Of a stretch of 64,000 nucleotides of DNA, positions 1-12,448 are shown in pieces. This stretch comes from Callorhinchus milii. Lineage: Eukaryota. Under the pieces are notes generated by a model, which was not told where the DNA came from, searched no databases, and worked only from the letters and a program-made list of their open reading frames with translations. Position numbers and translations under genes: made by a program. The stretch's first letter is position 1. Each line of letters opens with the position of its first letter. The stretch is from the NCBI RefSeq assembly GCF_018977255.1, contig NW_024704743.1, positions 21,516,001-21,580,000 of the forward strand, read 5' to 3'.

Positions 1-89
1 CATTAAGTCTTACAGATTTTTCTAAAACTTGTGGCATGTTTTCTAAAACCTGCACGGCAGTATCAAAGCACAAATAAAATAAAATGCAA

Positions 90-157
90 CATGGAGCTTG
101 AATCCATAGCCTTCTTATCTGGTGACAAGTGTGCTACCAACTGAGCCAAGGTGACAC
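90..157 (-). mobile_element. Deu-type SINE tRNA-derived head fragment
   Basis: Reverse complement gtgtcaccttggctcagttggtagcac...ggattcaagc matches the heads at 30487 and 53895. Confidence 0.6.
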
Positions 158-1520
158 TTATCGGTTCACACCATGTACCTATACTATGTATAGGTAACTA
201 CACATTTAACACAACTACTGCCTCTACATCTGTGTAGGGTGGCATCTGAACATAATGTGCCCACATGGAACCACACATTAACACTTATGCTGAGCGACTC
301 AAGCTGCGAGTTGCCAATTATGATTAATTTATGAATAGAAGGCTCTGCTTTGCTAGATTAGTGCTTCCATTGAAGCGCTGCACTTGTGCTAATAATGCAG
401 GCAAATTAAAATATTACCATTATGAAAACACTCTGCAACCATTATTCTTTGTAGAAAACCAAGTGACAACCATACACTGCTAATATGTCTAATAAATCCA
501 GCAACAAAATATTTAGTTGCATCTAAATTTCATTTTAAATCTGCCAAGTTTGAAATTGCTGCACCCGTATTTCCTCGAAGAATAATTCTAACATGATTTA
601 GTTCATTAAAACATTCAGTGAACAAAAATAAAAGGTGCCTGTAAAGATCAGCTTAATCTGACTTGATTAAATATTGCTTTACAGGAATATGACTACTTTG
701 TACAGTTAAAAACCTTGTTAATTTTATTAAAACAATAAGATTCAATGGTCAGCACACACAATCCTTGCATACGGGAATGTAAAATACAATCATCATTCAG
801 TTTAACAAAAGTGTCAACACTCAAATGAGAATTCAAAGTCATTCCACTGGTTTTCCAGCTATGTAAGCGATGGTATTAAAATAGACTTTTCCACAAGACT
901 TCACTTTCACATGTCAAGTGTCATTTAATAAACTATCAGGCATATATCTAAACCCTTCCTTGAACATACTTTACTCTCTCAACTACCGTGCATATTTCCA
1001 TTAAACTGCAGAAAAAGTACCAGAAAGGCTTCATCATGTTTAATACTTTCAAAGGCACTGAAACTAGCTAAGCATTACATAAGTAAATATTGATACACAA
1101 TAAAGCATTAACACAAGCAGCCTCAAGTCACAGAGTTTGTCTCTAGAAACCTCAAGCTTATGGTTCATCTAAAAACAAAAAAGTATAAAAAAAACTTGAC
1201 TAGTGTCAACACCTTACTTATTCAAAATAAAATTCACACACTACAGACAAGCAGTCCTCAATTAAGGCTGTATCTTTGTACATCACCATAAATGTAATGG
1301 TGTACATAAAGCAGAGTTTTAGTTAAGAACCTGCCTCTTTGAATTAGCTATTCAATGGATAAACTTGCTGACCCAGTACAGGAACTGAGGTTTTGTTTAT
1401 GTAATACTGCTTTGTTTAAAAAAAACACCAGAGCATCTTTTAGTAACAGGTTGACAAGAGGTAATTGAATCACCAATTAATGTGTACATTTTGTAAATAC
1501 AGAGAAAACTGCGAACCTAG

Positions 1521-2041
1521 AACAACACAATACAAAATTACATTTGTATAGCGCCGAGTAGGAGGACATCCCAAGGCGCTGGCCAGTCAAGAGTTTTGGA
1601 CCCGAGTTGGGGTCGGGATTGGGAGGGTGGAGCGCAGGGGGGGAAAAAAACATTGTGATCGAAAACACGGTCGAAGAAGAGGGTCTTGAGATGGTTCTTG
1701 AAGGAGGCAACACAGGGGGAGAGGCGGAGGGACTGCAGGATGGAGTTCCAGAGGGTGGGGGCAGAGATGGCAGAAGCGCCCCCTGCCAATGGTGGGGTGT
1801 GCGAGGGGGGGACGTGAAGCAGGCCAGAGCCCACTAAGCACAGGGAGCGGGCAGGATGGGATGGTAGGGGTTAGGAGGTTGCAGAGGTAGGGGGGGGAGC
1901 AAGACCATGGAGGGCTTTGAAGGTGAGGACCAGGATCTTGAACTGGATCCTCTGAGTAATGGGAAGCCAGTGGAGTCGGGCAAGAATGGGGGTGATAGGG
2001 TCACAGAGCCTGGTGCTCCGTGATCCTATCACCCTATCTTG
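1521..2041 (-). mobile_element. L2 LINE 3' end, 5'-truncated, with a fold-back at its 5' junction
   Basis: ORF2 C-terminal motifs PILARLHWLPITQRIQFKILVLTFKALHGLAP and TLWNSILQSLRLSPCVASFKNHLKTLFF; L2 3' stem-loop and tail. Confidence 0.9.
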
Positions 2042-2929
2042 GAATCGCAAGGACAAAACCCATTTAATATGTTTAGCTCCGCTCACCAGTTTCAAAAGAT
2101 CCTCTTCACGGCAAGTTCACGGAACAAACTATAAACTACAAAAGTTAGCAATTGTCAAAAATTATTCTAAGACTCGAAGTAATAATAAATGATTAGTATT
2201 TAAGAGCCATGAAAATCCAAGTCATTGACTCCTGGTAAGGAGTGTAGTTAGACTGTAGTTAAACGCTGGGGGAAATTCCTCATGCCTCTAAATATACGAG
2301 CTTTGTCAACATGTAAGAAATTCCCATTATGAAAGCGCACAGTCAAACTCTCTAACACTTAATGACAAAAATAATCTCACCCAAAATTATTTTGTTTAAA
2401 ACATAATAAAATTCTTACATTTTTGAGCTAAAACTTTCACTTTCCAAATATTTGTTTATCATTGATGGACCACGGTGGAAAACAAAATAATCTCACATCT
2501 GTCAGTAACCACTTACAGATTTCTGAGCAACCCATACAGCTGTGTATTTTAAATTAATTCCATATTTTCCTGGACATAAACTGACATATTTACTGTCAAA
2601 CACCATTCACTCCTCAATCTATCTTCACCATGTCTTTGGTCACCTTCCCATCCCCACCCTTGACCCTCACCCCTTCCAAATCCAACCCCCCGCTAGGGTG
2701 CAACTGTCCAGCACCTTGGTTTGTCCTCCTGATGTGAAATGGACTGCATAAATGCAATTTGTTGTTGTATCTGACATGATTGGATTCAGATATAGGAAAT
2801 AGGTTCACAGAATTTGTAGATAATAATCCTTGCATTTTATATAGCACTTTATCATGTCTTCAAGACATCTCAAAAGCTTCACAGAGTATACTGTACAGTG
2901 AACTGACTGTATATTTTGTGGGTCAAACG

Positions 2930-3260
2930 TTGACACCAATTGCAGGAAGGAGGGGTAAACAGTGAAGAGGAATGCAGAAGACAAACAAGCTAGCAGACTG
3001 GGCAGACAGATGGAAATGATGTTCACCGTAGGAAAACGTGAGCAATTCACTTTGGCAATAAGAATAAGGAAGATGTGTCCAAAGTCCAGATGGTAGGAAA
3101 CTAAGAGGAGCGGAGGAGCAAAGAGATCTAGGGATTCAGGTCTAGAAATTTCTAAAAGTAGCAACAGATAAATGAAGCCATTTTAAGGCCAATGGAGTTG
3201 TGAGCTTGATATCCAGAGGGATAGAATATAAAAGTGAGGAGGTAATGTTAATTGTATACA
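2930..3260 (+). mobile_element. CR1 LINE ORF2 (RT C-terminal) fragment, decayed
   Basis: Frameshifted motifs WADRW..MF, HFGNKN, EQRDLGIQV, ISRGIEYKSEEVML. Confidence 0.75.
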
Positions 3261-4224
3261 GCAACAAATTATAATTATATAACGCCTTTCACATCAGGAG
3301 GTCGTCCCAAGGTACAGGACAGTCGAGGGTATGACCTGAGTTGGAAGTTGGAGTCGGTAGGCCAAGGGGGACATGGAAGTGGGGGAAATGATGAACAAAT
3401 ATTTGGAAAATGAAAGTTCTAGCTCAAAATGCAAGAATTGTATTAATTTTTAAAAAAAAGTCACTTCTGACTTTGGATGCTGACTAGCCAGCTTCCATAA
3501 CATAGCAACCACTGGAAATGATCACGAGAACAGGTTCTGGCTTTCTGTGCACAGCGATTAAGGTGTGAAATGAGCAGCAACCTGACGAATTGAAGCACTG
3601 CTCAGCGACCATTTTTAGAGAGCACCCAGTTATAACACTGTGAAACCAAGCCACCATGTTATAACTGTGGCAGCCTGTACTGTATGTCAGGCATCCCTTT
3701 CTTGCAAGTTCATGTTAAAGCCTTATGAAATCCCATGGCACAATTGGAAAAGAGAGGTAGTTTCTCCCAAGTTCAGAGTCAACAATCCTCCGGATAAAAC
3801 TGGTAATTTACTTTATGGCTGTTTGTGGAAACTATGTTTTGTGCAATATTGGTTATTGTGTTTCCTTACAAATACACAGTCACTCCACTCATGAGCAATG
3901 ATGTGTGAAGTACTTTGATGTTGACATTATGGGTACAAGAATCATATTTAGAAACAGACATTTTCCAGAATACTGCTGAAACCTCTCAAAATGATAAATG
4001 GGTCAGCGCGGCCCAGTGACCCTCAGCAGACATGCTACTCCACCACATCTTTCTTAGCCCGCTTGGCTTTCCAACGTTACCAGGATAGGGATTCAGCACT
4101 GTTTCCTCCTTATTCTTGTTCAGATTATGAGAGAAAGCAAGGTCCGGGCTATCCCAGGATCAGAGCTCTGTTAAGGTAAGGCATAGAGTTCATGCTTCAC
4201 CTGTGCTGTGAAAGCAGTCGCAGT

Positions 4225-4440
4225 TCCTGCTGTCTATCCAGTGACCCTTGCTGTAAAGTCCGCATGTGACCATCAGGTGACTGGATCAGGCTTGGCTGCG
4301 TGCTTCCCACAGATGAATAGTCCGCACACACCTGCTGCTTGACTCAAAGAATGGCCACTTGAGTGAGTTCCGAGAGACTGCCAACACCCACTGGATCATA
4401 GCCCACCATGACTCAGCGCCGCTTTAAGAAAGTGGGAAGC
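4225..4440 (+). mobile_element. Ancient SINE-like element (resembles the AmnSINE2-type body, from recall)
   Basis: Blocks ggatcaggcttggctg...gaatag...aagaatggccacttgagtgag...gactcagcgcc resemble a recalled consensus; not verified by search. Confidence 0.35.
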
Positions 4441-4618
4441 AAAAAAGAATGAAGACTTGCAGCTTTAACAACACTAAATTAGACCTCGGGGAAGGGTGGG
4501 GAGGGGGTTGTCCTGTCTCTCTTGGGGAATTGTCTGGGTACCATCTGCTTGCACTAATGACTGCAGTCCCTATCTGCACCTATCCCTATATCCCCCCCAG
4601 TACAAATCACTAGCCTTG

Positions 4619-4744
4619 GTTCGCCCACAAATATACAGTCAATTCACTTTGCAGTATGTTCTGTGAAGCGCTTTGGGACGTCCTCCCGACGTGAAAAGCG
4701 CTATATCAAATGCAAGGATTATTATTATTATTATTATTATTATT
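4619..4744 (+). mobile_element. tRNA-Ala SINE, 3' part only
   Basis: Near-identical to the 3' 125 bp of full copies; (ATT)n tail. Confidence 0.9.
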
Positions 4745-4872
4745 GGTGTGGCAAAGCACCAAGCCATGGCAAACCAGGAATTTATAACATATTGCCAATT
4801 CACATCCCACCACCCTATAAGTTGGAGCACACCGAGTGCCACTTCAGTATAGCAATATGTGAAATTTTATAC

Positions 4873-5112
4873 CTACAACGAAGTGAACGAGTACATTTTA
4901 TGAAAACGTGATACTCCTAGTAGCAGATTTCATCAATTGGTTTCTATTTCACAATTAAATTTCTGTTATAAAAACAACTCCATCAAACTCGTTTAATATA
5001 GAGGTCGCCTTGACCCTCATTGAATAAAAATGCATCCAAGATATACCCATAAACAAGAGTCTGCAGGTTACTTCTCGTCGGACCATTTCACAGGCAAGGT
5101 CAGATCACAACT
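4873..5112 (-). other. Candidate 5'-leader exon C (240 bp) with an internal 43-codon uORF at 4955-5086
   Basis: Acceptor taatttgtgtttttcag|AGTTG and donor TAG|gtataa; all three through-frames contain stops; 7 CpGs in 240 AT-rich bp, unusually retained; uORF reads MVRREVTCRLLFMGISWMHFYSMRVKATSILNEFDGVVFITEI*. Confidence 0.5.
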
Positions 5113-6491
5113 CTGAAAAACACAAATTACACCTATTTGGATTTTATGATGGGAAAAACCAAGGGTGTGATTTGTTCCTCCTCTATCTCCAGTTCTACAA
5201 CCTATTTAAAACAATTACGCAGAGAACTCAGCCATTGGTAAAATCCATTATTTGCCAGCTAATAAAGTCACATCTGCAGTACTCCAGCAGATCTTGTTGC
5301 ATGACTTCCAGAGTCAGATTAAATATCCTTAGCTACGGTTACTATCATCGAGAATCTCACAAACTCCAAGAGTATGAGTTTTAAAAATAAAATAGCTAGA
5401 TTCACAAGGGGAGGGGAGGGTGTGTGGGAGAAGCAACACCAAAACAAAACACATTTAAAATATATTGTGGGCGCAAAGCAGTTTCACCACAAACAACCAG
5501 CTTAAATCGTTCAAAGCAAACTTTCTAAAAATATTTTTAATTTTTTTTTAAAATGAAGCTGGACCCAGACAGTCTTGCAATGCAGGATCCAGGGTCCTTG
5601 GCTTTCAACTTTTATTGAAGATCCACCAATTGGTTTCATCTGACTCTAATCGCCTGCATTAAATTTAATTGCATCTAACTAGATGTCATGGCCACTTTTC
5701 AGAATTCCTCAGAATGCACTGTGTTCCATTCGGTTAGTTATTTGAGCATTGTGTCATTTAAAATCGAAAAGAAAAACAGTTTAAAATTCCCAGAACAGTC
5801 CTTAGAGATGACAGCCACGTAAGGTTTTTTTTTTGCAAAGTTCAGAATTTTCATTAGAATTTAGCAGAATTTGTAAGATTTCGATGCTGGTTAGCAGTCA
5901 GCTGAACATGTTCAAGTGAAAATGCAAAGGGATACGTGAAACTCTTTGCTGAGCGGTCACTTTAAATGTGCTCCAGTTTACATTGCTCTATTGCAGACAT
6001 TGGTGTTAAACAATACCGAAATACAATGAAGACACAATAAACATTTCCATGGCAACAACCATTGCATATCAGTCCAAATACTCACAATATGGTAGAACAC
6101 AGCAGTTGGGGGGGCCATAAAATCCCAACCAGCTCTAATGTGATGCAATCATCAATAAGCGCTTCCCCATTCACTGCACACGCTTGCGGAAAGACTGTAA
6201 AATGTTGGCGGGCATGTGGGAAACCAAAATGGCCAATGGTCATCCGGTCGCCACTGACACACTGATATCAATAGCAACCTACTGACATCGAAGTTGCCAT
6301 TTGGGCTTCCCATCTGCCAGTCAACATTTAAGCACATTTTGGATTTCAATCGCATTATAAGCAAACCTGGGTTTATAAGAAAGCATTTTGTAAGAGGGTT
6401 TCACTATACGTACTAACTCGACATCAACACAAACACTCAAAACATGAAATTGAAAAAATCCTGTTCCTTCGACAGTCCACACAAAACATAC

Positions 6492-6546
6492 CTTATGTGA
6501 ACTCAAGTTCAAATTCCTGAGCATATTCAGCGCTAGTATTCTGATA
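6492..6546 (-). other. Candidate 5'-leader exon B (55 bp)
   Basis: Acceptor ttttatttgattacctttcag|TATCAG and strong donor AAG|gtatgt on the minus strand; non-repetitive context. Confidence 0.55.
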
Positions 6547-7405
6547 CTGAAAGGTAATCAAATAAAATTGCCAGAAATTCCCTCAGCCTCACGCTCTCCA
6601 CTAACAATATTCCAATCCTTCCAGGAGCATGGAAGCCGTTTTGTCTGTGGCTCTGTACCTCTGTACGATCATAAAATACCATTTTCAAGCAGATATCCAG
6701 TTCATTTTTTGAAGGATCCAACCGTCACAGGGAAAATGTGTTTGTTGACAAGCTGTCGCATAGATTTTACAAGGGGATGGGGTAAAGAGAGGAAAGAAAA
6801 AGAGCTTTTCTAACCTGTACACTTTAGTCATATAAAGTCTTCAGTTAAGACCTGCTCACATGTACAATATCTATGTCTTCTCGGTATTGAAGATCATGTT
6901 CATAACACCCTCCTCCGATCCATTTTACAATGAAATTGTTGAGACTTCCATCATTAGTTCTAAATCCCACACTATCCTTTGTAGTTCTCCTAAAACTCAA
7001 TGACCCTTTGAAAATAAAGTAGTGCCCAAAACATTTCACGTGTAGCTTCACCTCTGATTTGCACAAGCGTAAAATAACTTATTTTGACTTAATCAAATGC
7101 CCTTGAGTTATAACTCAGTTTTTGATTTGTTGACAGTGGGTTCATAAATAAATCTACACTTCATCAGCACACTGGAGAATTTATTTGAAACAAATATTGC
7201 AATTCTCAGCTACAAAATCCTCTCTACTCCAAAATATTACTAAATATAAATTGAAGCATCAACATCATCATTTAAATAACTCCCAAACTGTTCAACTACT
7301 TATATCTTGTATTGTACAGAAGTTACATGAAAGGTGAGCTTTTGTTTTGGATACTGCAGGTCTGAAATATGGTATAAGATGCACAATTAAAGTACTGTAT
7401 GGCCT

Positions 7406-7669
7406 ATTCCAGGCAGGGCGAAACCTTGGGCAAGTTTCCTTACTCCACACAGCCTAATAATAATCCCTCCAAAACCAAAAACAATAATAAAAAAAATTGG
7501 TCATTTTCAATCTACGACTGTTTGTGGGACATTGCTGTGCGCAATTGGCTGCCGCGTTCGCCCACAAATATACAGTCAATTCACTTTACAGTGTGTTCTG
7601 TGAAGCGCTTTGGGACGTCCTCCCGACGTGAAAAGCGCTATATCAAATGCAAGGATTATTATTATTATT
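7406..7669 (+). mobile_element. tRNA-Ala SINE (short form), 5'-truncated
   Basis: Matches the copy at 51069-51400 from the B-box end onward. Confidence 0.92.
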
Positions 7670-8736
7670 TCCCTCTACAAATGTAACCTGGGAATTAGCT
7701 ACTAGCTGAAGTACTACAAATCAGCAGATCCCTACTATGGCTCTGCCCAAATAAGCCAAGGTCCAGACAGCTGACTACATCATAGTAAATTCCACAATTT
7801 CAGCTGCTGTGTCACGGTCCAAATATGTTGATCAAATACAAAGCTCTCACAACATTAGACAAGCATGATGTAATGCTCTGGAATGATGGAAATTCCCAGG
7901 AGTAATAGGAGTTAAAAAGAACGATTAAATCTCCAACATGCAAACCAGCATTATCCCTTCTATAACACAACACATTTCACAATGTCAAGCAACTTCAGAA
8001 GATAATGACCAGCCATGGCATAACACATAACATGGTCGTGCTTACTTATCTACCATATAAGCATTTCATTGAGAGAACTGATTTCTCATTCATACTGATT
8101 TGGTGTTAAAAGAAAAATTCATGTTAAAGTAAAACATTTGGAAATTGAAGCATTCTGTTACAACTAGGTTTAAATTGCATATCAGGACCACTAGAAACAG
8201 TAAAATGGCAGAATTTGAAATAATAGGCTTCATATTAAAATGTCCTTATGTTGCTCCCAAGTCATCTTGAATTGTTCCCATCCGGAGATCAATCTTAGAC
8301 AACTCAAAAGTGCTGAGATATTTTCTCTTTTACAATTTGTCACATCAACCAATACACTTTACTGAAATCGCAGTGAAAACAAGTACTGTACCTATGATGG
8401 GGCTGAACAACAATTCCACATGCCCACTGTTAGACTGTACTTTATTGAAATCCTAGTGACGTCTTACAAGTTCCAACCAAAACCATTCTTGATAACTTAC
8501 ACTCAGCCATAAAATCTTGTATTAGCAATATTTCTCATCAAATATGAGAAATACAAACTCGCTAACATAAACTTAGGAACTGGCTACATTATATGTACAT
8601 TAAAAGATACAGAATACCACCTCAACACTCATCTACCACACACAAAGCTTAGCCACAGTCTATGAAATCATTAGGCATTCAAAACATTCAATAGACAAAA
8701 CACACAAGAAAAACAACAATAATAATAATCCTTTTA

Positions 8737-9330
8737 TCTATCTTCTATACTAATAAAGATGTAATATCTGTCTGTGTATCAGCCAAGAACTCAATAACCG
8801 ATTGACGTAAAGACATGATTTACATCTCATTGGAAAAGGCTTGCATGGGGGAGTGTCATCGGCATGTATTTTGGGGGGTGTCTCCTATCGTTGATCAGCT
8901 ATGACCTAAACAAGCTGATCACACATGTATGGCAATTACATGTAAGCTGCAATTACACCTGGTGGCTGTGCAGACTCCCAGTAGGGCTGTAGCACACAGC
9001 CCGCACTCAGACAAAGCCAAGCGTGGGAACAGTTCAGCTGCTTTTCCTGCTGCTCCTGGACAGCGCCATGTCGGAGTTGGCCCAGTGACAGGTGGCTATT
9101 GGCTTGGTAGGGCTTTCCAGGTTCCTCCGCGCGTAGAAGCGACTAGCAAAGGAGGGTAAAGCCCCTTCCTCTGGAGTTTAGCCCCTCCCCTCTCCCTCCT
9201 TCTCATATATTATAATAATAAAGACGTAATGTATGTGCATCAGCCAAGAACTCAATAACCGATTGACAAAGAGACATCAGAAAGGTCTTTCAGGGAGGGG
9301 TGTCATTTTGGGGGGGGGGGGGGAAATCGC
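8737..9330 (+). mobile_element. Helitron-like non-autonomous element 5' end, present twice (8737 and ~9205)
   Basis: A|TCTAT...TACTAATAAAG start, then short tgtctgtg repeats and aactcaataaccgattgac; 29 bp are identical between 8778-8806 and 9239-9267. Confidence 0.4.
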
Positions 9331-9516
9331 CCAGGGCATGCCCTCGCCCCCACTGATAAGACAGAGAGAGCACAGCCCTGAGTTGTGTGTGTGCAGCTGC
9401 TCACTCTCAGGCTGGGGTGACACACATATCGATCCACTCACTCTGTGCTCTGGCTCAGTTGAAGTGCGCACAGTGACTAAGATACAGCAGCTATGAGCGT
9501 GAGCAGGGGGTGTGCA

Positions 9517-9632
9517 AATAATAATAATCCTTGCATTTAATATAGTGCTTTTCACGTCTTCTAGAATATACTGTAATGTGAATTGACTATATATTCGTGG
9601 CCGAAACGCAGCAACAAATTGTGCACAGCAGT
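9517..9632 (-). mobile_element. tRNA-Ala SINE 3' fragment
   Basis: Reverse complement of the SINE tail and stem-loop. Confidence 0.85.
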
Positions 9633-10264
9633 TTGACCTTTGATTAAAAAAAAGCGACATTTCCCCGTTTCATTTTAATGTTTTCCCTATACTTCAGACT
9701 CCTGGTGTCATACATAGAATTCAGGGTGGGATCCAGCTGAAAAGCTGTATCACTTCCCCAGGAATAGTGAGTAAGAGGTGCACCGCAGCATTGAAGAGCC
9801 TGTCACTGTTTTGCAGTCTTATTAGCTGTGCATTGGAGGGGGCAGGGCATCATTTAATCAACAAATCAATGAAAATCGCCCCCTCATTTCATTGAACCTG
9901 ACTTAAAAACAACATATTCTGTCTTCTGTAGCACAGATACCAGCAGTGGCCATCTGGTTCCTTTTTCATTAGTGGAAACTTTCGGACTGGCAGTTGGTCT
10001 AATTCAGTACTCAATTGGCCATGAAGACTTTATAAATCTCCCAAATGTTGGGAATGTGGAGTTTAACAAGGCTGTAAGAATGTTTCACTTAAGCAGCATC
10101 ATTTTAATATTTAATGACTTTTATGAATGTAAAACTACCATAATGAAATACTGTTTGTTAGCAAATTCAATACGAGAAGAAAAGCAAACATGCTACAGGT
10201 TAGCACTCCATTAAACTTGTTTTTTGGGTGGAGCAGGTGTGCTGTCCTTCTTCTGTGTAGTTTG

Positions 10265-10597
10265 TTATAAGCATCTTATCAAGTCATAGAGATAACTCAA
10301 AGCGCTTCACAGAATAATGTAAAGTGAATTCACTGTATATTTTATGGGCGAAACACGGCAGCCAATTGCGCACAGCAGTGCCCCACAAACAGTCGTGGTT
10401 TGAGTGACCAATTCATTGTTATTATTTTTAAGGGCTTATTACCCACGGAAAAGCAATCCATCAATCAACTAACCGTATTCCTACTTACTGCTAGGTGAAC
10501 AGAGGCATGTGGAGCAAGGAAATGTTTCTGCCAGCCAAGGAGTCAAACCCAAGTCCTCTCACTTGCAAGGCTAGTGCTCTAACCACTATGCACTACA
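10265..10597 (-). mobile_element. tRNA-Ala SINE (long form), diverged
   Basis: Contains the cctacttactgctagg block and a degenerate tRNA head. Confidence 0.8.
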
Positions 10598-11024
10598 AAG
10601 TTTCTTCATGGAAAAAAAGCAATCATCTCAAAAAACTGTGTTCAAGGAATGCTTAGAAATATCGGTGACAACAATTTGAAGGTCAATTGTAAATGTCATT
10701 ATTGACTTACACCTGCTAACCTTAAAATATATTATAAACAACGACTGAACTATAGAAAAATGGACTGAAATTACAGGAAAAAAATCCATAAATCGTGATT
10801 ACTATTTGCAGTTTAAGACCTCTGCACTTTGTGTGCTGATATTTTCTAAACTCAAACATGCAAAATTCAAATCTGAAGTACACTTAAGAACTCATTCAGT
10901 TTGTAACCGAGGATTTAATAGTAGGCAACACGAAGCAATCCTACTGAAACATTCTCTAGGCTGCAAAACTGATTAAACAGAATTAAATCCATCAATACAT
11001 GAGTACCTATAAGCAATTTGAATT

Positions 11025-11291
11025 GAGACACCTGGGTTCAATTCCAGGCAGGGCGAAACCTTGGGCAAGTTTCCTTACTCCACACGCCCAATAATATTCC
11101 ATCCAAAACAAAATAATAAGTTGGTCATTTTCAATCAAAGACTCTTTGTGGGACACTGCTGTGCGCAATTGGCTGCTGCGTTTCGCCCACAAATATACAG
11201 TCAATTCACTTTACAGTCTATTCTGCGACGTGCTTTGAGATGTCGAGAAGACGTGAAAAGCGCTATATCAAAATGCAAGGATTATTATTAT
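11025..11291 (+). mobile_element. tRNA-Ala SINE (short form), 5'-truncated
   Basis: B box gggttcaattcc through the (ATT)n tail. Confidence 0.9.
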
Positions 11292-11802
11292 ATGTCTAAA
11301 GTCTATTGCCAGGTGTAGGCTAGTTTTTTTTTAAATCATCGCAATGTTCAATTCATTTCAAGCAAATAAGAAAACTGTCTGAAACTAATTGTTTCAGATA
11401 GTTTCATTTGAAAACTGGATTTAACTGCAGAGTGGACATCTTTTTGGAAATATTTAATCAGTAACCCTAAACGCTGAATGAGCATACAGATCAGAAACAC
11501 ACTTTCTTCTTGCTGTTCATTGTTACACAAACCAGATGACGTCTACAGCAAAACACAGGCAACTGTTAGATCGAGTATTGGCAAAAACTACAATGTGATC
11601 TAGCAGTAATCTGATCTTATGTACGCATCTTAATTTAATACTTTTGCATTTCAGCATCATCGGGATGGCGGTACACCGATATGGGGCATCACTGAATGCA
11701 TCCATGGGAGAACACAGGTTTGCACCTGCAATCTTCATCATGGACTACAGTGTGGGAAAGAGACAAGTGCTTTCCAATATAGAAAGGGGAAAAAGAACAT
11801 AC

Positions 11803-11938
11803 TGCGTTGCTATTCTTATCTACATCTTCAAGGGTGACAGTTGTTAAACCACCCTGCATCATAAATGGCAAGATTTCAATAGCACCAACAAAATATAATT
11901 TTGTTATAATTCAGTGAGACTTTATACCAATCTATGCA
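11803..11938 (-). other. Candidate 5'-leader exon A of an unidentified minus-strand gene (contains the start of a spliced uORF)
   Basis: Minus-strand acceptor gttttcttttggttttgcattttctag|TGCATAG and donor AACGCA|gtatgt; non-repetitive; ATGATG at 11862 opens 20 codons ending in phase 0 at the donor. Confidence 0.5.
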
Positions 11939-12448
11939 CTAGAAAATGCAAAACCAAAAGAAAACTGCAAACTTCAAATCGCCTATTCCTGCACCGCCCA
12001 AGGTGTTCAACCAGCTATCTGGGTGAAATAGGTTTCTGCCACTGCTGCCCTGCACATGAATAATTCGATATTCTGTGTAACTCAGCACCAGGAGACCCAC
12101 TTTTGGAAAGCAGATCTGTATTACAGCGCAGACACTGGGTAAATTCAACTCAAAAAGCATGTGACAAAAAGGAACGTGCTACAGAATCTCATCATCAATG
12201 GTCATTTCATTAGTGTTGAAGACCAGATGATTCACAAACACTACAGGTACAGATCAGTTATGAATGCGATTAGCAAGAACTATAGTAGTTACAGCATTTC
12301 ACTTCAATTGATGCAATATTCCCTGTTGTTCTTTAGGTTCTTGCTTTAAAAACTCAAATATTTGTGTCAGTATTGAAAAGGAAAATCATGCAAATCATTT
12401 GTGCAGTAAATTAGATTAAAGGATTATATAATTTTTGATAGAGTATAT

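Noticed and set aside
700..1500. Minus-strand poly(A) signal and 3' UTR (tttatt at ~723)
   Set aside because: The hexamer is common in AT-rich DNA and no upstream coding last exon was found; an intronic reading fits the candidate leader exons better.
6043..6056. RFX X-box-like motif atttccatggcaac
   Set aside because: A single imperfect motif is not enough to call a regulatory site.
6845..7066. 73-aa minus ORF as a terminal coding exon
   Set aside because: No recognisable homology, a weak acceptor, and length within chance expectation.
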